Notes: generated by a model not told the origin, from the letters alone. Shown: positions 28,050-38,477, counted from the stretch's first letter. The stretch is 64,000 bases of DNA from Promethearchaeota archaeon (GCA_016840085.1 JAEOTA010000054.1:104327-168326), one strand, 5' to 3'. Made by a program: numbers and translations.

Positions 28050-29264
28050 GTGAGGAGATTGAAGGAGGATATCTATTTTTACTTAGATTTAACCAAGGAT
28101 TTGCTAAAAAAGAAAGAAATTATAAAAGCTATTAAATATTACATTGAGGAAAAAAATAAGATTAATATAAAAGGCCATTATTCTATTCTCATTTTCCAAG
28201 AAGAAGGTAATCCAATATTCATTACTGATAAAAAAGATGCAAATATTATCGCTAATTCTATTGAAGAAAATTGGAAATTTAGACTAAAAAAGCAGAGTTA
28301 TTTTGAAAATGGCTTGTTTTATATATTTTCTTATATAGCTGAAACTGTAAGAAAAAAATCAAAATACAATAGGATTATAATAATAACAGATACCCCATCT
28401 GATTTATCTGAAGATTATCAAGAAGCTCTATTTAATTTGGTATCAAAAATAAAAAATTTCCCTACTTTTATTGACATTATTCGCATTTCTGAAGGCGATA
28501 CAAGATTTTTCAGTGATGACGTTAAATTGAACATGTTAGCCGCTGATACGAAGGGATCTATCGTTTATATTCAAGATAGAAAAGAGTTTTCTGATAGAAT
28601 TAAGAAGTTAGTAAAATCTAAACAATTCATCAGTACTTTTGTTGATAAACCAGATATAATTAAAATAAGTAAAGAAGATTATGTGTTTTATAATCATTTG
28701 GCAAAATCATTGAAAAAACCAGAAGACGCACAGGGATTAAAATGTTATCTTTGTAATGAAGAAGTATGTCCGATATGTACAGATGTCTATGATATTCCAT
28801 TAATATGCGAGGATTGTAATTCAAGTTTTCACCATTGCTGTATTACAAACCATGTTATAAATCATAACGTAGGTATACCAAATATTTTTCGTTGTCCTGG
28901 TCCATCTTGTGATGTCCTATTAAAAATTGATGAGGATGAGATTATTGAAGTATCTGGTGAAGTAGAGGTGAGTTCTGTGAAAGATTATATGGCAAAAGAA
29001 GTTCTTCAAAAGATCACTAAGGAACGCCCTAAAGTAAAGCCATTACCGGTATCAACACAAATGATAGAACAAACTAAAGATAAAAGAATAGATACAGTAC
29101 CAGTTACTAGCTATAGTACAGCAGAAAAAAATAATAAAACTGTAAGAGTTGGAGGCTTTTTTGGTAAAATGTATACTGTAAAGAAAGTCAGTGATAAAAT
29201 TGTTTATGAAAAACTGACAAAAGCAACTAGTTTTAAACCAAATAATGATATGTCAGAGAAATAG
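28050..29264 (+). CDS. vWA-like + C4HC3-type Zn-finger protein (paralog 1)
   Basis: RIIIITD, FIDIIRI, DTKG vWA-like elements; CYLC-CPIC-CEDC-HHCC-CPGPSC. Confidence 0.7.
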   Translation: MRRLKEDIYFYLDLTKDLLKKKEIIKAIKYYIEEKNKINIKGHYSILIFQEEGNPIFITDKKDANIIANSIEENWKFRLKKQSYFENGLFYIFSYIAETVRKKSKYNRIIIITDTPSDLSEDYQEALFNLVSKIKNFPTFIDIIRISEGDTRFFSDDVKLNMLAADTKGSIVYIQDRKEFSDRIKKLVKSKQFISTFVDKPDIIKISKEDYVFYNHLAKSLKKPEDAQGLKCYLCNEEVCPICTDVYDIPLICEDCNSSFHHCCITNHVINHNVGIPNIFRCPGPSCDVLLKIDEDEIIEVSGEVEVSSVKDYMAKEVLQKITKERPKVKPLPVSTQMIEQTKDKRIDTVPVTSYSTAEKNNKTVRVGGFFGKMYTVKKVSDKIVYEKLTKATSFKPNNDMSEK

Positions 29265-29508
29265 GAAATCCTCCTTGCCTGCTATTTTGTACAAATGAGA
29301 TATCTATATTGGAGTTATTTTCAATATTAATGAGAAGTAGAACCAACAATTATAACATCTTTATAACATAAATAATTAAAAAAAACACTACTAAATTAAG
29401 TATAACGGATTTGAGAAATATAAATAAAAATAAATAGCAATTCTAATATTATTCTTTTAAATTTTTACGAGATTTTTTATAAACTTAAACATTGAATTTG
29501 ATAGCAAG

Positions 29509-30834
29509 ATGTTAACAAGATCAGATGCAGTAAATTCAGAGGAATTCATATTCTATTTAGATTTAATTGGAGATTTTACGAAGAAAAAGACTTTAATAAA
29601 AGCAATTAACACTTTCATCAAAGAAAAAGACAAATTTAATGCTTTAAGCTCATATGGATTAGTAATTTTTCAAAAAGATGAAAATCCTGTAAACGTATAT
29701 GATTTGAAAGATTCAAAAACCGTTTTAAATACAATTAATGATGTGTGGGATACTCGAGAAACTGAGCAAAGCTATTTAGAAAATGGCTTATATGAAATTC
29801 TTGCTTACATTTTTAGAAAAAGTAGAGAAACAAGAAAAAATTATCGCGTAATTATTATTTCAGATACTCCTAGTAAATTACCAGAAGATTACTACAATGC
29901 TCTTTATGATTTACTTATTAAAGCTAAGAAATTTTTTGCTTTTATTGATATAATTCGCGTTGGTATAGAGAAATTTTATGAAGATGATGTAAAATTAAAA
30001 GTTATATCTAGTGAGACTCGAGGAGGGATGTTTTATTGTCAAGATGAAAAGTTATTGCAAAATATCTTAGGTTCTTTGGTTCAAAATAAGAGAGAATTTA
30101 AAGTTATTAAAACAGAAGAATCTGATCAGATTTTGGAAGAAGACAAGGTTTTTTATGAACGTTTAGCAGTCGATTTAATCAGCCTTTCTTCTGAAGATGA
30201 AGAGATATGTACTATTTGTGAACAAGAATTATGTCCAATCTGTGAAGCCCATTCTGATGAAATACATAAATGTTTTAATTGTGGTGCTAAATTTCATAGT
30301 TGTTGCGCAGCCAAATATTCACTTGCTAAAAATATAGGATTTAAGCATATATTTCGATGCCCTCAATGTGATACATTATTAAAGTTAGATGAAGAATTCG
30401 TTAATATGGTCTATGAAGAAGATTTAGAAGAGGAATTATCAGATATAGACCTAACCGTGATGGAAATGGAGAAACCATACGAAGAAGACCTTGAACAAGA
30501 AGAAGTTATAGAAGACCTTGAGGTTGAAGAGCAAATAGTAAAACAAGAAGAACTAAGTTCAAAAATATCAGAACTTCATCCCCCTCCCGAAACGATAAAA
30601 AAAGTTAAGGTTGGAGGTTTTTTCGGTAAAGAAATCGAAATAAAAATGAAAAAGGACGCAACTTCGCACACAGAAGTCCCAGTAGCAATTAAAGAACCAG
30701 AAGAACCTATCTCTATTACATCTCTAAGTCCACCCAGGAAAAAAACAACAAGGACAATAAAACTATGTAGAATATGTGGGACTACGCTCCAAAATGCTAC
30801 TATTTGCCCCACATGTGGCGCAAAACTAGATTAA
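29509..30834 (+). CDS. vWA-like + C4HC3-type Zn-finger + C-terminal Zn ribbon protein (paralog 2)
   Basis: Colinear with paralog 1; CTIC-CPIC-CFNC-HSCC-CPQC; terminal CRICG...CPTCG. Confidence 0.7.
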   Translation: MLTRSDAVNSEEFIFYLDLIGDFTKKKTLIKAINTFIKEKDKFNALSSYGLVIFQKDENPVNVYDLKDSKTVLNTINDVWDTRETEQSYLENGLYEILAYIFRKSRETRKNYRVIIISDTPSKLPEDYYNALYDLLIKAKKFFAFIDIIRVGIEKFYEDDVKLKVISSETRGGMFYCQDEKLLQNILGSLVQNKREFKVIKTEESDQILEEDKVFYERLAVDLISLSSEDEEICTICEQELCPICEAHSDEIHKCFNCGAKFHSCCAAKYSLAKNIGFKHIFRCPQCDTLLKLDEEFVNMVYEEDLEEELSDIDLTVMEMEKPYEEDLEQEEVIEDLEVEEQIVKQEELSSKISELHPPPETIKKVKVGGFFGKEIEIKMKKDATSHTEVPVAIKEPEEPISITSLSPPRKKTTRTIKLCRICGTTLQNATICPTCGAKLD

Positions 30835-30851
30835 ATAATGATATTTAATTT

Positions 30852-31403
30852 TCAAATTTTTAAATCTTCGACGAGAATAATTCCTGAAACATTTGTTTCT
30901 TTTACAGCACTAAATCCTTTTTTCTTTAAGCTCGTAACTTCTTTTAGATACGTTAAAATTTCATTTATTTTCTCTTTAGGAAAATCATTCAAGGTCAAAC
31001 TAAACTTTTTCTCAGAATCATTCCGAATAAAGAGAAATTGATAAATTACATAAGGATTAACCTCTAACTTTTTCAATCGTACTTCAATCTTATCAATTTC
31101 AAACCAAGAAATTCGAAATTTTGGTTCTCGAGGTAATAAAATTTCAATTTCATAATTAGATATAGTAAATTTTCTGAGTCTTCCAGGAGCTTTTGTTACA
31201 ACATAATAAGAATAAGCAAAAAATATAAAAATAACTCCTAAACTTAATAATGTGTTTATAAGAGCTCCAGGAATTAAAAACGTGAAAGTAACAATCAATA
31301 TAATTAATATCGAAATACAAAATATAACAATTGAACAAGGGATAGTGAATTTATGAAATTTTTCACCTGAGAAATCAACTACTTCAATATTATCAGAGTC
31401 CAT
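30852..31403 (-). CDS. 2-TM membrane protein with PH-like soluble domain
   Basis: Two TM helices followed by beta-rich ISWFEIDKIEV pattern. Confidence 0.6.
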   Translation of the reverse strand: MDSDNIEVVDFSGEKFHKFTIPCSIVIFCISILIILIVTFTFLIPGALINTLLSLGVIFIFFAYSYYVVTKAPGRLRKFTISNYEIEILLPREPKFRISWFEIDKIEVRLKKLEVNPYVIYQFLFIRNDSEKKFSLTLNDFPKEKINEILTYLKEVTSLKKKGFSAVKETNVSGIILVEDLKI

Positions 31404-31514
31404 ATCTCAAAGTTAGTTTAATTTAATATACATTTAAACTTTAATATTAAATATTATGTTTGTAAAGATATTAAATTAGACTAGAAAATAATAGATAATT
31501 TCATAGTGAAATAA

Positions 31515-32300
31515 ATGGCAATAATCATTCGAGATATGACTAAAGATGATGAATATTATGTTAGTACCTGTACTCATGTGAATGAGAATAACATTGAACG
31601 TGAAGAATCTGCTCTGCGTCGCATATCTTGGCTTCGAAGTATGAAAAAATACGGTTTAAAGGTTAAAGTTGCTTTATTAGATGATGTGCATGCTGGTTTT
31701 TTATATCTAATGCCTATTGAAATAAATCCATGGCAAATTCAAGGTAAAAATTTAATGGTATTCCCTTGTTTAGTTTCACAATCTAAATTTTCCCAAAGCG
31801 GTGTAGGGAAGAAATTGATTAAAGCAGCAGAGGAAGAAACCCTTTATCAGAAACGTAAAGGGATTGTAACGATTGGATATTTCTGGGATTTTTGGTTTAT
31901 GCCCGCTAAATATTTTCTTAAACTTGGTTTTAAGGTAGCAGCAAAAAAGGGTGAGGAAGCAATTTTATGGAAAAAACTCAATCATACAGCTAAACCTCCA
32001 CGATTTAGAGCAGAATCCTATAAATATCACCCAATTAAAGGGAAGGTTATAATAGATCTGTTTTGGAATACTTTCTGTTTAACTAGTGATGTCGAAGCCC
32101 AAAGAGTGCGAGAAATAGTTATGGAATTCGGAGATGATGTCAACTTAAATGAATATTCGGCAGATAATATTAAGATATTGCAGAAATATGGCATCTCTCG
32201 GAGAATATATGTTAATGGCAAAATAATCGAAGTAGGCCCAGAAATTGAAAAAGATAGGTTAAGGCAAGAAATAAAAAATGCTCAGATTAAAGTAAAATAA
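31515..32300 (+). CDS. GNAT acetyltransferase with C-terminal thioredoxin-like (YoaP-like) domain
   Basis: FSQSGVGKKLI acetyl-CoA motif, YFLKLGF; C-terminal YGISRRIYVNG. Confidence 0.75.
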   Translation: MAIIIRDMTKDDEYYVSTCTHVNENNIEREESALRRISWLRSMKKYGLKVKVALLDDVHAGFLYLMPIEINPWQIQGKNLMVFPCLVSQSKFSQSGVGKKLIKAAEEETLYQKRKGIVTIGYFWDFWFMPAKYFLKLGFKVAAKKGEEAILWKKLNHTAKPPRFRAESYKYHPIKGKVIIDLFWNTFCLTSDVEAQRVREIVMEFGDDVNLNEYSADNIKILQKYGISRRIYVNGKIIEVGPEIEKDRLRQEIKNAQIKVK

Positions 32301-32362
32301 TTTTTAAATAAAATTAAAATTTTTAAAGAACAACTATAAAAGAAAGATATTTGATGGTTTAA

Positions 32363-33703
32363 ATGTTCATAAAAGAAGAATTACAGTTCTACGAGAAAAA
32401 TAGGCCTAAATCAAAAGAAATTTGGAAAAAAGCACTTGAGACCTTACCAGGAGGGATATCTCATAATATTCGAACTTTTGGATTGCATTTAATAGGAGGC
32501 TTCCCAGTATTTATTAATTCTGGTGATGGCCCAAATCTTAAGGATATAGACGACAATGAATATATTGATTGTTGGTGCGGTCATTTCGCTATGATCTTAG
32601 GACATAATCCTCCTGAAATTAGAGAAAGAGTTAAAGAATATTTAGCATATGGATGGCATTTTGGAACGAATACAGAATACCAAGTTAAACTTGCAGAAAC
32701 TATAATTAAGAGTAATCCTGGAATTGAAAAAATTAGATTTTGTGTCACTGGGACAGAAGCCACAATGTATGCTTCTCGGTTAGCTCGAGCTTTCACTAAA
32801 AAGAGACTTATAGCAAAAGCTAAAGCAGGATGGCATGGTGCAAATGATACTTTATCCTATGATATAGGAGGGTTAAAAAGTGTAGAACTATCCCCGGGGC
32901 TACTCAAAGCTGAACAAGCAGGTATCAAAACATTTGAGATCAACAGTGAAGAAATATTTCATATTATAAAGGAAAATTCTAATGAATTAGCTGCGATAAT
33001 TTTAGAACCTGTGTTAGGAGGTGGTGGAGGATTTCCTGCTGATCCAGAATATTTAAAAAGATTAAGAGAGGAAACGGAGAGAAATGGCATTCTTCTTATT
33101 TTTGACGAGGTGATAACAGGATATCGTTTTACCAACAGCTTATTTCAGAATGAATTAGGAGTAATCCCTGATTTAACAACTATGGGGAAAATTGTAGGTG
33201 GTGGATTTCCGATTGGTGCTATAGGTGGACGTAAAGAAATTATCGATCAGTCTAGTCCCGATGCGGTTAATCAAGTGTTAATTGGGGGTGGAACTTTTTC
33301 TGGATATCCACTTAGTATGATAGCAGGTTTAAAAACGTTAGAAATATTAAATAACTCGCAAAAGGAATATTCGCGAATAGGTCAAGAGGGTGATAGATTA
33401 TTGAATAATCTAAATCAATTTTTCAATGAAGAAAAACTAAAGATTATTGCTAAAGGACATAAATCAATAATAATGCTTCATGCCCTTACTAAATGGATTG
33501 AACAACCTACAATGCGAGAAATTTTTGAATTTAAGGATAGAAAACGAGAAGCACTACTCCAATTAGCTCTTTTTAATCGAAATATATCAGGGTTACATGG
33601 CTTAGGTTCCATTTCAATGGCTCATACTCATGAAAATGTAGCTAAAATACAAGAGGTTGTAGAAAAAATTGCACATCCCGTTTCACAATCAGAATTTAAT
33701 TAA
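32363..33703 (+). CDS. Class III PLP aminotransferase (glutamate-1-semialdehyde aminomutase-like)
   Basis: RFCVTGTEATM, IILEPV, LIFDEVITGYR, MGKIVGGGFPIG, GGTFSG. Confidence 0.88.
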   Translation: MFIKEELQFYEKNRPKSKEIWKKALETLPGGISHNIRTFGLHLIGGFPVFINSGDGPNLKDIDDNEYIDCWCGHFAMILGHNPPEIRERVKEYLAYGWHFGTNTEYQVKLAETIIKSNPGIEKIRFCVTGTEATMYASRLARAFTKKRLIAKAKAGWHGANDTLSYDIGGLKSVELSPGLLKAEQAGIKTFEINSEEIFHIIKENSNELAAIILEPVLGGGGGFPADPEYLKRLREETERNGILLIFDEVITGYRFTNSLFQNELGVIPDLTTMGKIVGGGFPIGAIGGRKEIIDQSSPDAVNQVLIGGGTFSGYPLSMIAGLKTLEILNNSQKEYSRIGQEGDRLLNNLNQFFNEEKLKIIAKGHKSIIMLHALTKWIEQPTMREIFEFKDRKREALLQLALFNRNISGLHGLGSISMAHTHENVAKIQEVVEKIAHPVSQSEFN

Positions 33704-33727
33704 ATTTAACTAAAAAAGGTAGATAAA

Positions 33728-34759
33728 ATGAATAAACCATTTGATGTTATACAAGTAGGGTTAGGGCCAATGGGAAGAATTATTGCTAAGCTCCTTATAC
33801 AACGTAAAAATATTAATCTTGAGGGTGTTGTTGATATTAACCCTCAATTTATAGGAAAAAAGTTAAATGAAATTTTAGACATAGAAGAACAATCTAATCT
33901 TATAATTGAATCTGATTTGGATAATATTATTTCTAGTGAAAAGGTTGATGTAATCTTTATAGCGACATCTTCTTCCTTGGAAAAAGTAATTCCAATAATT
34001 AAAAGAGCAATTAAATCAGGAAGTAATGTTATTTCGATATGTGAAGAATTATCTTATCCATTTCAATTTTATCCTAAGCTTTCTGAAGACATAGATAAAT
34101 TAGCAAAATCTAATAATGTTACAGTAGTTGGAACAGGAATTAATCCGGGATATCTTATGGATTTATTGCCTATTGTCATTACTGCACCATGTCAGAAGGT
34201 AAAGTCAATAAAAGTAACAAGAATGATGAATTCTGATAAAAGAAGAGAATCATTCCAACGAAAAATAGGTACTGGCTTAACTTCTGAAGAATTTCATCAA
34301 AAAATTAATAATAAAGAGATTACTGGTCATGTTGGGCTAAAAGAATCTATTCAAATGATTATTGCAGCACTTGGTATTCAATATGATGAACTCATCGAAA
34401 TCCCTCCTGAAGAAATAATAACTGAGAAGGAATTCATAACGTCTTATGGAGTTATTGTTCCAGAAGGATATGTTTGTGGCTTACAGAGTAAAGCAATGGC
34501 GAAAAAGGAAGGTAAAGAAATTATCTTATTAGATTTTATAGCTTATGCTGGTGACCATGAAGAATATGATAGCATAGAGATAGAAGGAGTACCATCCATA
34601 CATCAAAAAATTATTGGTGGCGTTCATGGTGATTTAGGTACTGCAGCAGTGGTTGCTAATTTGATTCCAAAAGTCATAGATGCGAAAGCAGGGCTATTAA
34701 CAATGAAAGATCTTCCTGTGTCTTGTTATACTGGAAATATCTGGAAAAATAATACTTAA
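33728..34759 (+). CDS. 2,4-diaminopentanoate dehydrogenase/DapB-like NAD(P) oxidoreductase
   Basis: VGLGPMG, NVISICEELSYP, GTGINPGYLMD, GHVGLKES, GGVHGD. Confidence 0.8.
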   Translation: MNKPFDVIQVGLGPMGRIIAKLLIQRKNINLEGVVDINPQFIGKKLNEILDIEEQSNLIIESDLDNIISSEKVDVIFIATSSSLEKVIPIIKRAIKSGSNVISICEELSYPFQFYPKLSEDIDKLAKSNNVTVVGTGINPGYLMDLLPIVITAPCQKVKSIKVTRMMNSDKRRESFQRKIGTGLTSEEFHQKINNKEITGHVGLKESIQMIIAALGIQYDELIEIPPEEIITEKEFITSYGVIVPEGYVCGLQSKAMAKKEGKEIILLDFIAYAGDHEEYDSIEIEGVPSIHQKIIGGVHGDLGTAAVVANLIPKVIDAKAGLLTMKDLPVSCYTGNIWKNNT

Positions 34760-35183
34760 TTTTAAAAAAATTAATAGAAAAAATTTTAAATTTTTTAGAA
34801 AACTGATAGGAAAGTAAAGTTCAATAGAAGGAATTGAGTTTGAGAAATAAAATTTTACATTTGCTAATATTTTTAAAATTTATAAATTTTAAATAGTAAA
34901 ACAATTTAATAAACAATATTAGAAATTTTAATTTAGAAAATTATTTGCGTATTTATCATCTTTAAATGGCGAAAAAAATGAAAAATAAAAAAAATCTGAG
35001 TTTAATAATATTACTTTTATTATTTCTTCAATCTTTTATCGTATAATCTACTTTAATTTTAATAATAAAGAGGGAAATGAAGTAAAAAATATCGATCTGG
35101 GATTATCTGATATTATTATAGGAAATTATACCGTTCCAGGAGTCTCAGTATCGATTCCTTCACATCAATTAATTAAAATAGGC

Positions 35184-38100
35184 ATGCTTGGTGATTTGGA
35201 GCATGTCACTGGAGATCATAATTGGAAAGGAGCATTACTGGCTGCAGAGGAAATTAACGAAGCAGGTGGAATTGATATTTATGGTAATGGTACAAATCAT
35301 TATATAGGATTAGCTGCTGAGGATACAGATGAAGCTAATGAAACATTGGTTGTATCTAAGGGAGTAGCTGCTGCAAATAGAATGATATCGTATAATGATC
35401 CACATTTCATTATAGGTGGCTTTCGAAATGAATCTGTTTCAGCATATCTTGAGCCTGTTATGGACGCCCAAATCCCATTCTTAGGTACTGGTATTGCAGA
35501 TAATGAATTTTGCCAAAAAGTTAATGATTCATATAATAGATATAAATATATCTTTCGTGTTATGCCAATGAATTCGACTTCACTCGGTGTAGCAATCCTT
35601 TATTATATTGGGCATCTTACTCAAGGTCTAAGTGTGCAATATGGTGGAACACTGAATAAAGTTGCTATTCTTCGAGAAGATTTACCTTGGACGGAAGGAT
35701 TAAGTTTCATGCTTAATTATTATTTACCAGATTGGTTTCTAACGGTTGAAGAAGAAATTGCCTTTCCTATAGATGCAACTGAAGAAGATTTTAATATTTA
35801 TTGGAACACTATCGACAGTGCAGGGGTCCAATTAACAATTCCAATTGTCTCAAGCCGTGCTGCGATAACAATGGTAAAATCTTATAGAGAAAATAAACCT
35901 AAATGCCTTTTAGCTGGTATAAATGTATTAGCCCAATTAGATTCTTATTGGGATGATACTGAAGGAGCGTGTCAATATGAAATCTTAATGCAAGCTATTC
36001 ATCGAACCGATAAAACTCCTAAAACAATTCCATTTTGGGATAGTTTTGTAGAAAAATATAATATCGAACCATATTATATTGGGGTTGGATCCTATGATGC
36101 TGTTAGATTGTTGGCAAATGTTAGTGATAGTATTAACTCTTTTAATTCAGATGATATTGTTATTGCGTTGGAGGAATTTAATCAAACTAACTCTTTTATC
36201 GGTGTTAGTTGTAATATAGCTTTTACTAATGCTCATGATTTAGTAGAAGGATATCCTTACGCTTTTACTCTTTTTTGTCAATGGCAATTAGACGGGAGTA
36301 AAGTTGTGGTCCGTTCATATGTTCCTTCGCCAAATCCAGGTTATTACCCTACTTCTCTTGCAACGGGGCCTATTTCCGTTCCATATTGGGGTATTAATAA
36401 TCTTGTAGCAGCACAGGATTTACCAGGAAATTTTTCATTAGATAGTACTGCTGAAAGTCCTGATCCCGATGGATCTTTCAATCTGACATGGTCAAATTCT
36501 GTAGGGGCAGATAATTATTCCGTATACCTCTATGATAAACCTATTACATATATAAATAAAAGCCTTACCTTACTCGCTAATCAAAATGCAACAACTCCAT
36601 TTTCAATATCCGGTTTAGAAAGTGGTGATTATTTTTTTGTTGTAGTAGCTTACAATGAAACAGGTGAAACATTATCAAATAATGTTAACGTAACCGTAGA
36701 ACTCCCTGGACCGGGTGCTTTTACACTAACTAGTGATGCTGACTCCCCAGATATCGATGGTGCTTTTAATTTAACATGGACAGCTTCAGATGGAGCAGAT
36801 AATTATTCCGTATTTTCATATAATAGATTTATAACTTGGATTAATGATAGTACTACAATATATGCTAATCAATCTGCGATACCACCATTTCCAATTATAG
36901 AATTGGAATCTGGCGATTATTATTTTGTTGTAGTCGCTTACAACGAAGCAGGAGATACTCTGTCGAATAATCTCTATGTTAAAGTAGATCCTAGTGGTTA
37001 TTGGATATTAAATCCATTAATTATTGATGATACGGGTACAGGAGATTATACCTGGTCGCAAGTTGCTACTCAACCATGGTGCAGTGGTTCTGGAACCTCA
37101 GTTAATCCATATATACTTGAAACTCTTAAAATTGATGGTAAAAATTCTGAGAATTGTATTATTATAAGGAATTCTAAAATTTATTTTACAATAAAGGATA
37201 GTGTCTTATATAATTCTGGTTCTAATTCCAACCATGGTGGTCTGAAACTAGTATCTGTTTCAAATGGAGAATTGATCTCTAATAACTGCTCTCGGAATAA
37301 TGCCAATGGGATTATTTTAGATTCTTGTCATGATATTGATATGTCGGTAAACTCAGTGAGTCAAAATGAGTTGAGTGGGATACTACTTATTAATAGTACT
37401 AATATCAACATCAAGAATAATAATGAGACAATTAATCAAAACAAACTCTATGGAATTTATTTAGATAATAGTCATAATAATGATATTACGGGAAATACAA
37501 TAAATTATAATCGAATTGGAATTTATTTTTATGAATCTAACTATAATACCATAGCAAATAATGATTTAAGATATAATGATAAACCTTATGAAGAAGTTGA
37601 TTGTGTTGGAAATACCTTCGAAAATAACCTTGGTATAAGAAGGGAAACTCCATTTCCTTTTGACATCTTATTAATTATTCTTATAGTAGTGATTGCTATT
37701 GTTGGAGTGATAGCTGCTGCGTTAATAGTAAAGAAAAGAATATCAATGCCAGAGAAGAAGGAAAAAGAAATAAGTGAGTCCAAAAAACAAAAAATTAGAA
37801 GGAAGCTTGAAGAAAAATTAAATTTTGTTGATCATCTCATAAAGGAAAATAAGATAAAATTAGCTTATAAAAATTTAGGAAAAGTAAAAGATACAGCGGA
37901 TCAATATGAATTCTTCGATATTTTTAATAAAGCGAATGAAAAAGTCGAAATTTGTAAGGAAGTAGAAGCAGGAATTTATAAAGAAGTGAAAAAAGAAGAT
38001 ATAGTTTTACCTAGAGTAGCTCAAGTGGAGGAAAAAGTAAAAGAAGAAAAAGAAATTATACCAGTAATAGAAAAAAGAAAAGAATTCAATATATTTCTCA

Positions 38101-38477
38101 GTTATTCTACATTAGACTCAATTCGTTTTCAAATAGACAAAATCGCTAAAAATTTAGAAAAATTTCCAGAAATAAAAAAAGTATATTATTATAGTAAAGA
38201 TAGTGGTCAAAATATAGTGGAATATATGGAAGAGACATTAAGTGTGTGTAATATCTTTGTTTTATTTTGTACTAAGCACTCTAAGAAATCAAAAGCTGTT
38301 GAAGGGGAGTGGCAATCAGCTTACCAATTAGTTAAGAAAAACATAATGAAAATTATACCTGTTTATGAAGATGAAGAAGATGTACCCATCTTATTAATTC
38401 CTATGTTGAATGTCAGATATGATAAAGAGGATTTTAATGGATTTATAAACAAACTGTACCAAGAAATTTTAAGATAA
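35184..38477 (+). CDS. Single-pass receptor-like protein: branched-chain amino acid-binding (Venus flytrap) domain, 2 FN3-like repeats, beta-helix, TM, cytoplasmic TIR domain; N-terminus frameshifted (true start near 34966/34978)
   Basis: KIGMLG...GALLAAEEINEAGGI, YDAVRLLA; FN3-like FNLTW repeats; NosD-like GIxL repeats; TM near 37665-37730; IFLSYS...FVLFCTKHSKKSKAVEGEW...IIPV TIR. Confidence 0.85.
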   Translation: MLGDLEHVTGDHNWKGALLAAEEINEAGGIDIYGNGTNHYIGLAAEDTDEANETLVVSKGVAAANRMISYNDPHFIIGGFRNESVSAYLEPVMDAQIPFLGTGIADNEFCQKVNDSYNRYKYIFRVMPMNSTSLGVAILYYIGHLTQGLSVQYGGTLNKVAILREDLPWTEGLSFMLNYYLPDWFLTVEEEIAFPIDATEEDFNIYWNTIDSAGVQLTIPIVSSRAAITMVKSYRENKPKCLLAGINVLAQLDSYWDDTEGACQYEILMQAIHRTDKTPKTIPFWDSFVEKYNIEPYYIGVGSYDAVRLLANVSDSINSFNSDDIVIALEEFNQTNSFIGVSCNIAFTNAHDLVEGYPYAFTLFCQWQLDGSKVVVRSYVPSPNPGYYPTSLATGPISVPYWGINNLVAAQDLPGNFSLDSTAESPDPDGSFNLTWSNSVGADNYSVYLYDKPITYINKSLTLLANQNATTPFSISGLESGDYFFVVVAYNETGETLSNNVNVTVELPGPGAFTLTSDADSPDIDGAFNLTWTASDGADNYSVFSYNRFITWINDSTTIYANQSAIPPFPIIELESGDYYFVVVAYNEAGDTLSNNLYVKVDPSGYWILNPLIIDDTGTGDYTWSQVATQPWCSGSGTSVNPYILETLKIDGKNSENCIIIRNSKIYFTIKDSVLYNSGSNSNHGGLKLVSVSNGELISNNCSRNNANGIILDSCHDIDMSVNSVSQNELSGILLINSTNINIKNNNETINQNKLYGIYLDNSHNNDITGNTINYNRIGIYFYESNYNTIANNDLRYNDKPYEEVDCVGNTFENNLGIRRETPFPFDILLIILIVVIAIVGVIAAALIVKKRISMPEKKEKEISESKKQKIRRKLEEKLNFVDHLIKENKIKLAYKNLGKVKDTADQYEFFDIFNKANEKVEICKEVEAGIYKEVKKEDIVLPRVAQVEEKVKEEKEIIPVIEKRKEFNIFLSYSTLDSIRFQIDKIAKNLEKFPEIKKVYYYSKDSGQNIVEYMEETLSVCNIFVLFCTKHSKKSKAVEGEWQSAYQLVKKNIMKIIPVYEDEEDVPILLIPMLNVRYDKEDFNGFINKLYQEILR

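Noticed and set aside
29265-29508. Read-through or frameshifted C-terminal Zn ribbon for vWA paralog 1
   Set aside because: The downstream frames I translated do not encode the CxxC pairs seen at the end of paralog 2
35030-35075. Possible third BHB intron explaining the TIR-receptor frameshift
   Set aside because: The frame-restoring register (32 nt) has a mismatched central helix and almost no intron stem; a 1-nt indel is simpler
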